Below are positions 39,560 to 49,384 of a DNA stretch of 64,000 bases, one piece after another. Positions within the stretch are counted from its first letter, which is position 1. The number at the start of each line of letters is the position of its first letter. The position numbers and the translations under genes were made by a program. Source of the stretch: Candidatus Bathyarchaeota archaeon (GTDB taxonomy: Archaea; Thermoproteota; Bathyarchaeia; Bathyarchaeales; Bathycorpusculaceae); contig CAWHDT010000008.1 of the NCBI GenBank assembly GCA_963828195.1, positions 128,001-192,000 of the forward strand, in the 5' to 3' direction. The notes under the pieces are model-generated. The model saw only the letters and a list, made by a program, of their open reading frames with translations. It was not told where the DNA came from and made no database searches.

Positions 39560-40582
39560 ATGGCGAATTTGATGAAGGCTCGAGAAGGCGACTTAATTAA
39601 AACAAAGAGCAGCGTAGTTTTTGATGTCAAAGGCTTGGTTCACCCAATGGAGAAGATTGTTGCTTTTCCCCGGTTTATTCCCTCACCTCAAGGCACTAGG
39701 CAGGGCAAAGGCGGCACCTACGGCAAAGTCTACAATTTCGAAGACAGATTCAAGTATCTTCAGGAAAACCAGCCTGAACTGATTGTTTTTGACCCCGTGT
39801 TCGGCGAAACAATGTGTGAAGTCCCAGTTTCCCAAATCGCTGAGCATTACAAGCCTGAAGAAAAACTCTGGACCTTACGCACATCCAAGGACCATACCAT
39901 ATTGGAAAGCAAGGCTTTGGAGTTGGCTGAAACCCTAAAAAAAGAAGCAAATATTCCTTGGAGCAGCATTGGAATTTCAGGGTCGATAATGGCTGGATTG
40001 ACAACTGAAAAATCAGATATAGACCCGCTGGTTTACGGGGTTGATAACTGCAGGAAAGCCTACGTTGCCTTGAAGAAGCTAAATGTTAGCGATTCTGGCT
40101 TCAAGCCTTATACACGAGCAGAGTTGCAGGAGCTATTCGACTTCCGTTCAAAGGACACTCACATGAGCTTCGACGACTTCGTTTCGGTCGAAAGCCGCAA
40201 AGCTTTTCAGGGCAAGTTCATGGGAACTGACTATTTCATTCGTTTCGTGAAGGACTGGAGCGAAATAAGCGAGCAGTATGGCGATGTGTGCTTCAAAAAC
40301 AGCGGCTACGCAAAAGTAACTGCCAAAATAGCCGACAGTTCCGACTCACTTTTCACGCCCTGTACCTACAAGCTTCAAGACGTCCAAGTTGTTGAAGGAC
40401 CCAGATTGGGGCCAATAGCCGAGGTTGTTTCGTTCCGCGGCAGGTTCTGTAAGCAAGCAGCAAACGGCGAGGGAGTTGAGGCTCAGGGAAAAGTTGAATT
40501 GGTCACCAATAAGAAAACGGGCAGCGAACATTTCCGTTTGATACTTGGCAATAAACCATCAGACTACATGGTTCTTTCGTAA
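39560..40582 (+). CDS. Pol-beta-type nucleotidyltransferase (COG1665-like), paralog 1
   Basis: FDVKGLVHP, GISGS...SDIDPLVYG, SFRGRF and AQGKVE motifs. Confidence 0.8.
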   Translation: MANLMKAREGDLIKTKSSVVFDVKGLVHPMEKIVAFPRFIPSPQGTRQGKGGTYGKVYNFEDRFKYLQENQPELIVFDPVFGETMCEVPVSQIAEHYKPEEKLWTLRTSKDHTILESKALELAETLKKEANIPWSSIGISGSIMAGLTTEKSDIDPLVYGVDNCRKAYVALKKLNVSDSGFKPYTRAELQELFDFRSKDTHMSFDDFVSVESRKAFQGKFMGTDYFIRFVKDWSEISEQYGDVCFKNSGYAKVTAKIADSSDSLFTPCTYKLQDVQVVEGPRLGPIAEVVSFRGRFCKQAANGEGVEAQGKVELVTNKKTGSEHFRLILGNKPSDYMVLS

Positions 40583-40614
40583 ATAAGGGGTTAGAAAAGG
40601 AATTTGGGTTTTTG

Positions 40615-40712
40615 AAAGAACAACAACACCCGAAAAACAACTGTTGTTCTTCTGGGCAATATTTCAAAAGAAGAAGAAGCTGGGTGAAATTGTTTTTCTT
40701 CTTCTTCTTTGC
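40615..40712 (+). repeat. REP-like double-hairpin element, copy 2
   Basis: AAGAACAACA/TGTTGTTCTT (40616-40625/40642-40651, 16-nt loop as in copy 1); AAAGAAGAAGAAG/CTTCTTCTTCTTT (40667-40679/40698-40710). Confidence 0.8.
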
Positions 40713-40803
40713 CCGTTTCTTTTTGTGGTTGTTTTCTGGCACAAATAGTAGGTAGGTCTATAGTTAGGTTGGGTACGAAACGTGTTTTGGATTGGTTTGT
40801 TTT

Positions 40804-41883
40804 TTAAGGCGTATGCTTGACTTTGAGGACTTGCTCGTAGTAGCGTGGGCAATAAGTCAACGTGACCTGTAAGAACCGTTCTGTCGGCGAAGCCACTTCT
40901 TCCAGGTTGCCTTCAACGATGATTTCTTCGTCTTTTTGCACTTGCTGGCGGAACTCTTCCATGAACGAGAAAACCCGTTTAACCTCTATAGCCTCTTTTG
41001 CACCAGTATAAACTTCAATGGGTTCAATGCCGTAAATCGACGGAATGAACGGCGCTTCATCATCCGAGGTGACGCGTGCTTTGAGTTTAACCCAGCCCTT
41101 CTGCTTAATGCGGGTTTGCGGGTCATATTCTGATTCGATTTCGCCCCAAGCCTTCACTGGCTCAAACTCGGCTTTTATGGTTCGCCCGCTTGCAGTATCG
41201 TCATACAAACCGTAGATTTGCTTGCGACGCTGATGCCATACGAAGTCTGCAACTGTGAAGTTTTGGAAACGCCAATCCTTGCCCGCCATAGCCTGTTCAG
41301 ATTCAAACTCGTTATGCAAACCAGACGACTTATCACCGTACAGGTTTTCGAGTGTTTTTCGCATTGTAGAGTTTTCTTTTTTTCCATAAACGATTAAGTC
41401 AATATCTGAAAACTTGGGGTGGTGAAAACCGTGGAGCATGGAGCCGAAGACGCCAAAGTTCTCCGTTTTTAAGCCAGAACTGTTAAGCGATATCGTTAGG
41501 ACACGTTCCATCGCTGCTAGCAACTCGTCTGTTGGCCCAGCTTCAAGAAGTTCTTGTAGCCGCACCTCGGGTTTTCTCGCTTCCTTAATGCCGCTGTTTT
41601 TTACTCCGACGAGATTTAACCCGAGCATTTCGTGGAAAACTTGGAATTGAGGGTACTTTTTCACGACGAGTTTCATGCCTTCGTCATTGTAGAATTTGTA
41701 GTAAAGCTTGTTTTTGCCTGTTCTTGGTGCCCGCGGGTCAGTTGACGAAAAAATCTTTGACGAAGCATATTCTGCATCACAAATGTATGCGCCTGGCGGG
41801 TGGGAATAGCCGAAGACTCGGAAGATTAAGCCTTCAGCGGTCTCGATGGCGTCGCGGTCACGAAGTTTTATGTCACTGGCCAA
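40804..41883 (-). CDS. Pol-beta-type nucleotidyltransferase (COG1665-like), paralog 2
   Basis: [14 protein letters not shown]...SDIDLIVYG and VEGNLE motifs. Confidence 0.8.
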   Translation of the reverse strand: MASDIKLRDRDAIETAEGLIFRVFGYSHPPGAYICDAEYASSKIFSSTDPRAPRTGKNKLYYKFYNDEGMKLVVKKYPQFQVFHEMLGLNLVGVKNSGIKEARKPEVRLQELLEAGPTDELLAAMERVLTISLNSSGLKTENFGVFGSMLHGFHHPKFSDIDLIVYGKKENSTMRKTLENLYGDKSSGLHNEFESEQAMAGKDWRFQNFTVADFVWHQRRKQIYGLYDDTASGRTIKAEFEPVKAWGEIESEYDPQTRIKQKGWVKLKARVTSDDEAPFIPSIYGIEPIEVYTGAKEAIEVKRVFSFMEEFRQQVQKDEEIIVEGNLEEVASPTERFLQVTLTYCPRYYEQVLKVKHTP

Positions 41884-42902
41884 ATGTATTCTTCCTCGGA
41901 AGTTGCTGTGCCAACAACCACTTGATAGAAAACTTCGCTTGAACTTGTTGATTCGACTCTTTCCAGGTTGCCCGCAACTTTTATTTCGCTGCCGCAGCGA
42001 GCTACATTTCTGTAAAGGCCGATATTTGACACGACTTGGATGGGGATCTTGTCGAGGTCTAGCTCTGATTGTTCATCGAGGGGGTTGTAGTTTGAAATCT
42101 TGTATGTTGATGGGCGATACATGGTTTCGGTGTCATCGCAAACGGTAGCTTGGAGCCTTACTGGGTCAAGCGGGATGTATCGGTAAGCGCCATATTTTTC
42201 CTTGACTTGCTCGGGTTTTTTCGTGGCATTGTACATGAAGATTTTTCCTTGGTACCTGCCCTGGAATTTTCTTGCCGCCTCAATACGGTTACCAACGATA
42301 TATGTCAGTTTTCCCGCGTTGACAAGCCTTGCAATGGCATCTTCCACTAAACGGAAGTTTTCTGTGCCATAAACAACAAAATCTATGTCTGACTCGGGCG
42401 AATGCATCTCCAAGGCAATGGAACCGTGTAGCCCTAAATCATCAAACGGAACACTTGATTCTTTGGAGATCAAATTAATAATGTCTAAAGCCATTTGCTG
42501 CAGTTTATCCCTTTTAGGCAAGTTCTCAAGCCAGACCAAGCGGTCTTTGGGAACAAAAACCTGCTGGATCAACTCGAAGGGAGCAGTGATCAGTTCTTTG
42601 TTGCGGAAGGGGCAGTAGTACAGGTAGTCGGGGAAGTTTTTGCGGAAAGCTTCAATGAATGTCTGGTAGTTTTTCGCTGTGTAGAGTTTTTCTGCCCTAA
42701 AAAGCTGGTTGTCGCCGAACTTCCAAGTTCTCTCCAGCATCTCGACGTTGAAGAGTTTTCTGAATTTTGCAGGAATGTACTTGAGAAACGCAAAGACACG
42801 GTCGTCAGGATGCTCGTACCCAAAAGTGTTCATTATGAAGCCGTCTTTAGTGACAAAGGTGTCTCCGTCCATCGGAACCCAAATTTCTTCGCTCATAAGC
42901 AT
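41868..42902 (-). CDS. Pol-beta-type nucleotidyltransferase (COG1665-like), paralog 3
   Basis: [19 protein letters not shown]...SDIDFVVYG and VAGNLE motifs. Confidence 0.8.
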   Translation of the reverse strand: MLMSEEIWVPMDGDTFVTKDGFIMNTFGYEHPDDRVFAFLKYIPAKFRKLFNVEMLERTWKFGDNQLFRAEKLYTAKNYQTFIEAFRKNFPDYLYYCPFRNKELITAPFELIQQVFVPKDRLVWLENLPKRDKLQQMALDIINLISKESSVPFDDLGLHGSIALEMHSPESDIDFVVYGTENFRLVEDAIARLVNAGKLTYIVGNRIEAARKFQGRYQGKIFMYNATKKPEQVKEKYGAYRYIPLDPVRLQATVCDDTETMYRPSTYKISNYNPLDEQSELDLDKIPIQVVSNIGLYRNVARCGSEIKVAGNLERVESTSSSEVFYQVVVGTATSEEEYIWPVT

Positions 42903-42973
42903 GCGCTGCGAAAGTAAGGTAAAATGAAGCCTAAAAAAGTTATTGCAACGTATTTAATTCCACGTTATAGCTA

Positions 42974-43434
42974 TTATTGTACTTCATTTAAGCTTTGAAT
43001 TTGAAAGGATGGATTTATGGTTGAAATTAAATCCAAAAATTTCTTGTTTTTCTTCAGATTTTGAATTTCTTTGTCTTCTGTTATTAAAGCGTCGCAATTA
43101 TTAATTGCAGTTGACAGGATCAGACAATCTATAAAGTCAACTATGAAGCTTCTAATCGTGAATGCTGTCAAGATGATTTCGGCATCATACGTCGAAATTT
43201 TTTCGATTGCGTCATTGTAAAGTATCGTTCTAATGCCAATTGCCACTCTTTCTGGTGGAAGCTCCTTATTAAGAACGAATTTGGCCCCTTTTGCTGAAAC
43301 CTCAAAAATGCTTATTTCGCTAATCGCTATTTCTATTTCTTTTATTTTCATTTTTTTAATGGCGTCTTTTGATAGCTCTTTAATGTAATTCCTGCGGCTG
43401 GAAGAAAATATGTTGTGTCCAGCAGGACTTTCAA
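42974..43434 (-). pseudogene. vapC: PIN-domain VapC toxin, frameshifted
   Basis: The TTG start gives MKVLLDTTYFLPAAGIT; a 1-nt loss near 43383 shifts the rest (IKELSKD...SEISIFE...DFIDCLI...LITED) into another frame. Confidence 0.85.
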
Positions 43435-43676
43435 GCCTCAACCTTCTTAGAAAGTTCCTTTCTTTCCTTATAAAATTCTTCCAAGGTTATTTCGACAGTA
43501 GGACTGAGTTCAATTGCTTCTTAGAGTGTCAAAACGGGCTCGACTATAAGTCTCCCCGATTCCATCGCGAATATCACTTTGGTACAAGCTTTAAGGCCTA
43601 GTTTTTCCCTCATTTCTTTAGGCGGAAATAGTTCTCCTTTCGAGCCCACTCGACTTTCGTGCATTTTTCTGGTCAA
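43431..43676 (-). pseudogene. AbrB-type antitoxin with premature stop
   Basis: MHESRVGSKGELFPPKEMREKLGL...VLTL*EAIELSP...KKVEA; in-frame TAA at 43521-43523. Confidence 0.85.
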
Positions 43677-43807
43677 CCGAATAATACATTAATCTCCAGA
43701 AAAATTAAACTTTTCGGACCTCCGTCATATGTCAGAAAGTGCATAACAGTTGCTTTAACCGAAAAAGCATATATGACAACACGCATTTTCTCTTGACAAA
43801 GGCACTG

Positions 43808-44962
43808 GTGATAAAGACGACTTCATCTAACGCTGAAGAAAACAACAACGAAATGGTAGTCACGCCGTGGGAAGTAAAAGGCAAAGTAGACTACGAGCGA
43901 TTAATACGTGAATTCGGCACGCAACCCATAACGCCCCAACTGCTTGAGAGAGTGGAAAAACGTACCGATAAGCTGCATCTGCAGCTGGAGAGAAAAATTT
44001 TCTTCAGCCACCGAGACCTCGACACCGTTCTGGATCTCTACGATAAAGGCATAAAATTTGTCCTCTACACGGGAAGAGGACCGTCTGGACCAGTGCACAT
44101 AGGTCATCTGGTGCCATGGATTTTTACGCTTCACATCCAACAAAAATTCAAAACACGACTTTATTTCCAGCTTACAGACGACGAAAAATACCTCATTAAC
44201 GACGATGCAGACCTAAAAGAAACAGGCAAATACTCCTATGAAAATGCCCTGGACCTGATTGCGCTCGGCTTCAAACCGGAAGACACCTTCATCATCTACG
44301 ACACCCAAGACATCGACTTGCTCTATGATATAACATTGGAAGTTGCCAAACGCATCACCTACAGTACTGCTCGCAGCAGTTTTGGCTTCCAAGACAGCAC
44401 CAACATCGGCTGGGTATTCTGGCCCGCCATCCAAGCCGCCCCATGCTTCATCCACAAAAAACTCACAGGCGAAAACGTGCCAGCGCTCATCCCAGCAGCC
44501 ATCGACCAAGACCCCTATTGGCGAGTAACCCGCGACATAGCACAAAAACTCGGCTACTACAAACCCGCCCAAATCCATTGCCGTTTCCTACCTGGCTTGG
44601 GCGCGGGCGGAAAAATGAGTGCCAGCATGCCCGAAACCAGCATATTCACTGTAGATCCTCCTGAAGTGGTGAAAAAGAAGATTTGGAATGCTTTCACTGG
44701 CGGCAAAGGTACAGCTGCAGAACAACGGAAGATGGGAGCTGACCCAACGGTTTGCAGTATCTTCCAATATTACTTCTACCTCTTCGAAGAAGACTCGGGA
44801 AAACTTGCGGAGCGGGAACGCAGATGCCGTGCAGGCGAAATGCTATGCGGAGAATGCAAAAAAGACATAGCAGACAAACTCAACAAATTCCTCGAAGCCC
44901 ACAGAGAACGCAGGGAAAAAGCCAAAGACATAATTGAACAATTCCACATAAAACGAAAATAA
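43808..44962 (+). CDS. trpS: Tryptophan--tRNA ligase
   Basis: VTPWEV, YTGRGPSGPVHIGH, AIDQDPY and KMSAS motifs. Confidence 0.98.
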   Translation: MIKTTSSNAEENNNEMVVTPWEVKGKVDYERLIREFGTQPITPQLLERVEKRTDKLHLQLERKIFFSHRDLDTVLDLYDKGIKFVLYTGRGPSGPVHIGHLVPWIFTLHIQQKFKTRLYFQLTDDEKYLINDDADLKETGKYSYENALDLIALGFKPEDTFIIYDTQDIDLLYDITLEVAKRITYSTARSSFGFQDSTNIGWVFWPAIQAAPCFIHKKLTGENVPALIPAAIDQDPYWRVTRDIAQKLGYYKPAQIHCRFLPGLGAGGKMSASMPETSIFTVDPPEVVKKKIWNAFTGGKGTAAEQRKMGADPTVCSIFQYYFYLFEEDSGKLAERERRCRAGEMLCGECKKDIADKLNKFLEAHRERREKAKDIIEQFHIKRK

Positions 44963-44999
44963 TCCTTGGATAGGTAATTTCTGCGAGTAAATAATCAAG

Positions 45000-45443
45000 C
45001 TACTTTTTTTGGAAAGGATTAAGCGTCTTTATGAATGTATAATTTTTAAAGTCTTTTACGTTTTCCGTGTAAATTATGTCTATGTTGTTCTCTTTTGCGG
45101 TAACTGCTAATACGCAATCGAATATTCTGGTGCCCGATAGATTTCTTTCTTTTGAAAGTTTAAACACGTCAATTGAGGCGACTGCTGTTGGGCATATCTT
45201 CTCGATTTCGTAGCTTTCCCACAGGTCAAGGCATAGATCCGCTGCGTCATTTGGGTTCATAGGCGAGCTAGCTTTCTTTGGGTTGGTGATGACAGTGAAA
45301 AACTCGTAAAGCACCTGAGGGGAAAGATATGCTTCGATTTCTTGCCTAAATGCTTTATCCATTATAGTTTTTGCTTGCTCATGATTTGCCGATGACTTGT
45401 CATAAGCGTAAACGAGTATATTTGAGTCAAGTAATATCTTCAT
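45000..45443 (-). CDS. vapC: PIN-domain VapC toxin (intact)
   Basis: MKILLDSNILVYA, QVLYEF, IFDCVL and YTENVKDF motifs. Confidence 0.9.
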   Translation of the reverse strand: MKILLDSNILVYAYDKSSANHEQAKTIMDKAFRQEIEAYLSPQVLYEFFTVITNPKKASSPMNPNDAADLCLDLWESYEIEKICPTAVASIDVFKLSKERNLSGTRIFDCVLAVTAKENNIDIIYTENVKDFKNYTFIKTLNPFQKK

Positions 45444-45666
45444 ATATCTCTTCTCTGGAAACATGCCCTTTGATTCCAAGGCTAGGTGGATTTTCGAGTA
45501 ACTCACGGGCTAACTTTGCTTTACGGCACCCACGAACTACACTCATCTTTGCAACGCCTTTCTCGACCACTTCAATGCACAGCACGTCTCCATCAACAAG
45601 CCCCAGCTTCTCTCGAATACTTCGAGGAAGATACACTTTATCTTTATAGTAAGTAGTCTCAGCCAA
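45427..45666 (-). CDS. AbrB-type antitoxin
   Basis: KVYLPRSIREKLGLVDGDVL...SREEIYED; overlaps the toxin start. Confidence 0.85.
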   Translation of the reverse strand: MAETTYYKDKVYLPRSIREKLGLVDGDVLCIEVVEKGVAKMSVVRGCRKAKLARELLENPPSLGIKGHVSREEIYEDIT

Positions 45667-45680
45667 CTCAAACCACCATA

Positions 45681-45700
45681 TTACCCAATCAATTGGGTAA
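45681..45700. promoter_or_regulatory. Operator-like palindrome TTACCCAAT-CA-ATTGGGTAA
   Basis: Perfect 9-bp inverted repeat between a TATA-like box and the antitoxin start. Confidence 0.6.
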
Positions 45701-45817
45701 AATATAAGCTTTCTGACGGAACCTTTCCAAAAAGAAAAACCTGCCTCATATTTCTGTTTTTCTGACCTATTTTTGCTTTTTTTTCCATTCAAAGTTAACC
45801 ATATCTTTCAATGTAAG

Positions 45818-46063
45818 CTAAGGCGCAGTAGCGTTTCGAACGTGCGTTATGTGGGAGTGGATGAAGTCTTGTTCTGAGAGCGCTTTGTAGATTAGGTCTT
45901 GGACGGCGGCGTTGAGGTTTCCGTGATAGTATGGTCTGACGATTTTCTCTGCGAACTCGGCAATGAGTGAGGCTGGCACATCGTGCAACGTTAAATCTAC
46001 TGATAGATCGGTTTCTTCGTCTAATATTGTTGCTTTCGCTTTCGTGTCAATCGCCTGGCTCAT
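45818..46063 (-). CDS. Hypothetical small protein (RHH-like)
   Basis: VDLTLHDVPASLIAEFAEKIVRPYYHGNLNAAVQDLI. Confidence 0.55.
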   Translation of the reverse strand: MSQAIDTKAKATILDEETDLSVDLTLHDVPASLIAEFAEKIVRPYYHGNLNAAVQDLIYKALSEQDFIHSHITHVRNATAP

Positions 46064-46225
46064 GCCTACGTTTATGGTTTTTAAAAGATAGATGGACAAA
46101 CTAACATAGAGCATAGTGGAGGGGTAAGTGAATATGAAAACCTATTTTACTTTGCGCTAAAAATAGAAAACGACGTCTGCTTTGTAACGAAGTATAGTGC
46201 CTAAGCCGCCCTTCTTCGTTGGTTA

Positions 46226-46438
46226 TTATGGCTTGAAAATAACTAAATAATTCTCATTCTCTTCAAACGCAAAGTTTCTGATGCTCAGAAATTTTTCGAT
46301 TAGTTGACGGTTATAACCGCCTTTAATCTCAAGTTGGTACCTGTCAGGCTCTCTTTGTTGAATGATAACAAAAGTCGGTTGAATCAAATGCTCGGAGCCT
46401 AGCTCCTTCAATAAAACCACCGCTTCTGTTCTTTTCAT
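46226..46438 (-). CDS. Hypothetical small protein
   Basis: MKRTEAVVLLKEL...YQLEIK...YLVIFKP. Confidence 0.6.
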   Translation of the reverse strand: MKRTEAVVLLKELGSEHLIQPTFVIIQQREPDRYQLEIKGGYNRQLIEKFLSIRNFAFEENENYLVIFKP

Positions 46439-46571
46439 ACGTTCCCTCTTAACCAATTAGGGACGTACAGGGCTTATAACACTTTGCAATCTGTCTCTTA
46501 ACAGTTGACTAAAAATGTTCTCTTCCACAAAAATGCGCCATCAATCAGGCGAGTAATTCCGCCAGTATATG

Positions 46572-46739
46572 TCACTTTTTTTTGGCGTTTTTGCATTGGA
46601 AACAAGTTATTTTTGTGTTTTTTCCAGCTTCTGCTTCTTCCCGCGGTACTACGCTGGTTCTGACTATTTTGCCACAATCATCACAGATAAATTGGACCTC
46701 TGCAACGCGGTCGTTGGATTGGAGAACCTTAATTGGCAC
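46572..46739 (-). CDS. 55-aa zinc-finger microprotein
   Basis: Translated by hand: MPIKVLQSNDRVAEVQFICDDCGKIVRTSVVPREEAEAGKNTKITCFQCKNAKKK. Confidence 0.7.
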   Translation of the reverse strand: MPIKVLQSNDRVAEVQFICDDCGKIVRTSVVPREEAEAGKNTKITCFQCKNAKKK

Positions 46740-46744
46740 ACTTA

Positions 46745-46888
46745 TTATCCTTCTTTTGCGCTCTTGTCCTTTGCAAGCAAGAATTCAAGGTATTCCTTCA
46801 TTGTGAGGTTATTCTCTTGTGCTCTTTTTCTGATGTTTTCGTGAACTTTGTCGGTGACGGTTATACATTTGTATCCTTTGCGTGGCAA
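46745..46888 (-). CDS. 47-aa ribbon-helix-helix protein
   Basis: Translated by hand: MPRKGYKCITVTDKVHENIRKRAQENNLTMKEYLEFLLAKDKSAKEG. Confidence 0.75.
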   Translation of the reverse strand: MPRKGYKCITVTDKVHENIRKRAQENNLTMKEYLEFLLAKDKSAKEG

Positions 46889-47022
46889 AACTTTCATCCT
46901 CTTCCGTACTTTACCGTGCAACCAAATATATAACTAGCGGTGAAACATGATGATGAAACAAGCGTATATTGTGAAACCTTATATAAATGTACGTTCGCTA
47001 ACTAACTTAAGAGGGAAACAAA

Positions 47023-47217
47023 ACGCCCAAGAAAGGCTATAAAACCATCACGGTGAAGGCTGAGGTTTACGACTATTTTTTTAAAGAATGGCTAAAAGTC
47101 AAAGAGGAATACTCGATTAAAAAAGGCATCCACAGCTTCTCAGCCTACGTCACTTATACCTTGTCTCAACTGATGGAAGAAGAAAAGAAAAGCAAAAGTG
47201 AGCGTACAAAGCGTTAG
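47023..47217 (+). CDS. 64-aa RHH-like protein starting at ACG (non-canonical start or start-loss pseudogene)
   Basis: (ACG)PKKGYKTITVKAEVYDYFFKEW...SFSAYV; N-terminus parallels the divergent RHH; TATA box and GAGGG upstream. Confidence 0.65.
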   Translation, partial: TPKKGYKTITVKAEVYDYFFKEWLKVKEEYSIKKGIHSFSAYVTYTLSQLMEEEKKSKSERTKR

Positions 47218-47398
47218 GGAACTAAAGAACCTTTTCAAAGAAATAAAGAAAAAAGGAGCGCCAAAAAAGTTTAGAGGAGCGGGAAGGCGCGACAAGAAAA
47301 ATCAAACAATGCATATAAAATGCTCTTAGTTGTTGAAATCAAAGAAAAGAGAAATAAGCGAACACACCTCCAATAGTTTACTTACAAAGGTGATTTAT

Positions 47399-47950
47399 GT
47401 GTCCGCAAAGACCCAAGTTAACCTTGCCTCGGCATATAGGCTTCTTCACCCAATGCACACTATACTGGTTTCATGCGTGGGAAAAGCAGGCAAACCCAAC
47501 ATTACCACACTTGCGTGGGCGATGCCAACATCAATTAACCCGCCGCTTTTAGCCATCAGCCTCGCACCCAGCCGCCACTCACACACCCTGATTGAAGAAT
47601 CAGGCGAATTCATAGTGAACATTCCAACCTTGGAGACCCTTCAAGCCGTCTACGCATGCGGCTCCTTAACGGGAAGAAGCTTTGACAAATTCAAAAAAAC
47701 AAACCTAACGCCTATGCCTGGCAAAAAGGTTAAAGCGCCAGCAATACGCGAATGCATAGCACACTTGGAATGCAGTGTTGAAGACAAATTTACAACAGGC
47801 GACCACACGGTTTTCGTGGGCAAAATACTTGACGCCTACGCCGACATGGGTATCTTTACGGAGAGTTTTGACCTCAAAAAGGCAAGAATGCTCTATCATA
47901 CGGGCGGCAACAACTTTGCAATTCTTGACCCCAAAATCTACAAAGCCTAA
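47399..47950 (+). CDS. Flavin reductase family protein
   Basis: YRLLHP, PNITTLAW, GEFIVNIP, CGSLTGR..DKF and GDHTVFVG motifs. Confidence 0.9.
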   Translation: MSAKTQVNLASAYRLLHPMHTILVSCVGKAGKPNITTLAWAMPTSINPPLLAISLAPSRHSHTLIEESGEFIVNIPTLETLQAVYACGSLTGRSFDKFKKTNLTPMPGKKVKAPAIRECIAHLECSVEDKFTTGDHTVFVGKILDAYADMGIFTESFDLKKARMLYHTGGNNFAILDPKIYKA

Positions 47951-48038
47951 AACACCAAGTTCCACAAGTGACTAGCGTGTAGGTTACCCATTTAAGCATC
48001 TACACAATAATCCAATCTATCACGGCAAGTGAAATAAG

Positions 48039-48941
48039 ATGCCATACGATAAAGAAGAACTTGAAAAATTCCGCCTGTCGGGGAAGATTCTGCGTGAAGC
48101 AAGAGAAGAAATGAGAGCTGTCGTTAAAGAAAATATGGCTGTCATTGATGTCTGCGAGAAAACTGAAGGATTGATTAGGGCTAAAGGCGGCAAACCAGCT
48201 TTTCCCTGCAACGTCAGCATCAACGAGGTTGCTGCACATTATACTTCGCCTCCGGGTGATACGCTGAGGATTCCTGAAGGGTCCACGGTAAAAGTGGATT
48301 TAGGCGTGCATGTAGATGGCTACGTTACGGACACTGCGTTTACCGTGTCTTTCAATACGGAAGGCAGAAGCATGGTGAACACTGCTGAGCAGGCTTTGAA
48401 AGTTGTGTTAGAAAACATTCATGGGGATATGGCTTTGAGCAAAATCGGCAGCTTAGTTGAGACGACAATAAAAAACCGCGGCTTTAAACCTATTTCGAAC
48501 TTGACGGGTCACTCGGTTGGGAGATACCTGATTCACGCAGGAACATCTATACCTAATGTGGCTCAAGTATCGCTTACGAAGGTGAAAACAGGCGAAGTTT
48601 ACGCTATTGAGCCATTCGTCACCTTACCTGATGCAGTCGGCCGCGTTGATGATAGCCCGCAAACTACCATTTACCGTTTACTTAAAGCAAAATCAATAAA
48701 AAACGAGTCAGCCAAAATAATGCTCAAATACATTGAGTCTAATTTTAGAACACTGCCTTTTGCCGAAAGATGGCTGATCGGCGTGGTTCCGAAAGAGCAG
48801 CACAAAGCCGCCTTCAAAGAGTTGCTTGCGTCAAAATCAATTATGAGTTACCCAGTATTTGTTGAGGTAAGCAAAAAACCCGTTGCTCAAGCCGAGCACA
48901 CGGTGCTGTTAAAGGATGATGGCTGCGAAGTTTTAACTTAA
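48039..48941 (+). CDS. map: Type II methionine aminopeptidase
   Basis: AFPCNVSINEVAAHY, KVDLGVHVDG, NLTGH, AIEPF and AQAEHT motifs. Confidence 0.97.
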   Translation: MPYDKEELEKFRLSGKILREAREEMRAVVKENMAVIDVCEKTEGLIRAKGGKPAFPCNVSINEVAAHYTSPPGDTLRIPEGSTVKVDLGVHVDGYVTDTAFTVSFNTEGRSMVNTAEQALKVVLENIHGDMALSKIGSLVETTIKNRGFKPISNLTGHSVGRYLIHAGTSIPNVAQVSLTKVKTGEVYAIEPFVTLPDAVGRVDDSPQTTIYRLLKAKSIKNESAKIMLKYIESNFRTLPFAERWLIGVVPKEQHKAAFKELLASKSIMSYPVFVEVSKKPVAQAEHTVLLKDDGCEVLT

Positions 48942-49372
48942 ACGTTGTATGTTTTTTCTTTCTCTTTGACTTCCTTGTAGACCGCAGTGATTAGCTGTTT
49001 TGTGTCGGGGCATTTCGGGCATGGATCCAAGTCTTTGTAGACGTAGTCGCCACGTTGGAATTCACGCATTGTTTTGGTTCCGCATTTTTTGCATTCGATG
49101 GTTGTCATTACTTTGGGTACTTCAATTTTCATTTCTGCTGCTTGTCTACGTGACTGATACAGCGTGAAAATTGACATGCTTAAAGCGATGGCGCCGATAA
49201 CTGCGAGGAAACCCGCTGTTAAGTCAGCTTGAGCTGCGGTGGGAGTGGCGCTTACGTAGACGCCGACTGCCAATATTATGGAGATTACTGATAGCACTAG
49301 AACAATTACAACTATCGTCATGATGTAGCTTGAGATTTTTTTGTTTCCGGCGGATGTTTGATTTTGGGTCAT
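48938..49372 (-). CDS. Two-TM protein with C-terminal zinc ribbon
   Basis: CKKC...REFQRGDYVYK...CPKC. Confidence 0.75.
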   Translation of the reverse strand: MTQNQTSAGNKKISSYIMTIVVIVLVLSVISIILAVGVYVSATPTAAQADLTAGFLAVIGAIALSMSIFTLYQSRRQAAEMKIEVPKVMTTIECKKCGTKTMREFQRGDYVYKDLDPCPKCPDTKQLITAVYKEVKEKEKTYNV

Positions 49373-49384
49373 TTTTTAATCCTC

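Noticed and set aside
46569-46933. Plus-strand ORFs 46569-46844, 46582-46806 and 46733-46933
   Set aside because: They are antisense to two better-supported minus-strand microproteins (RHH and zinc finger).
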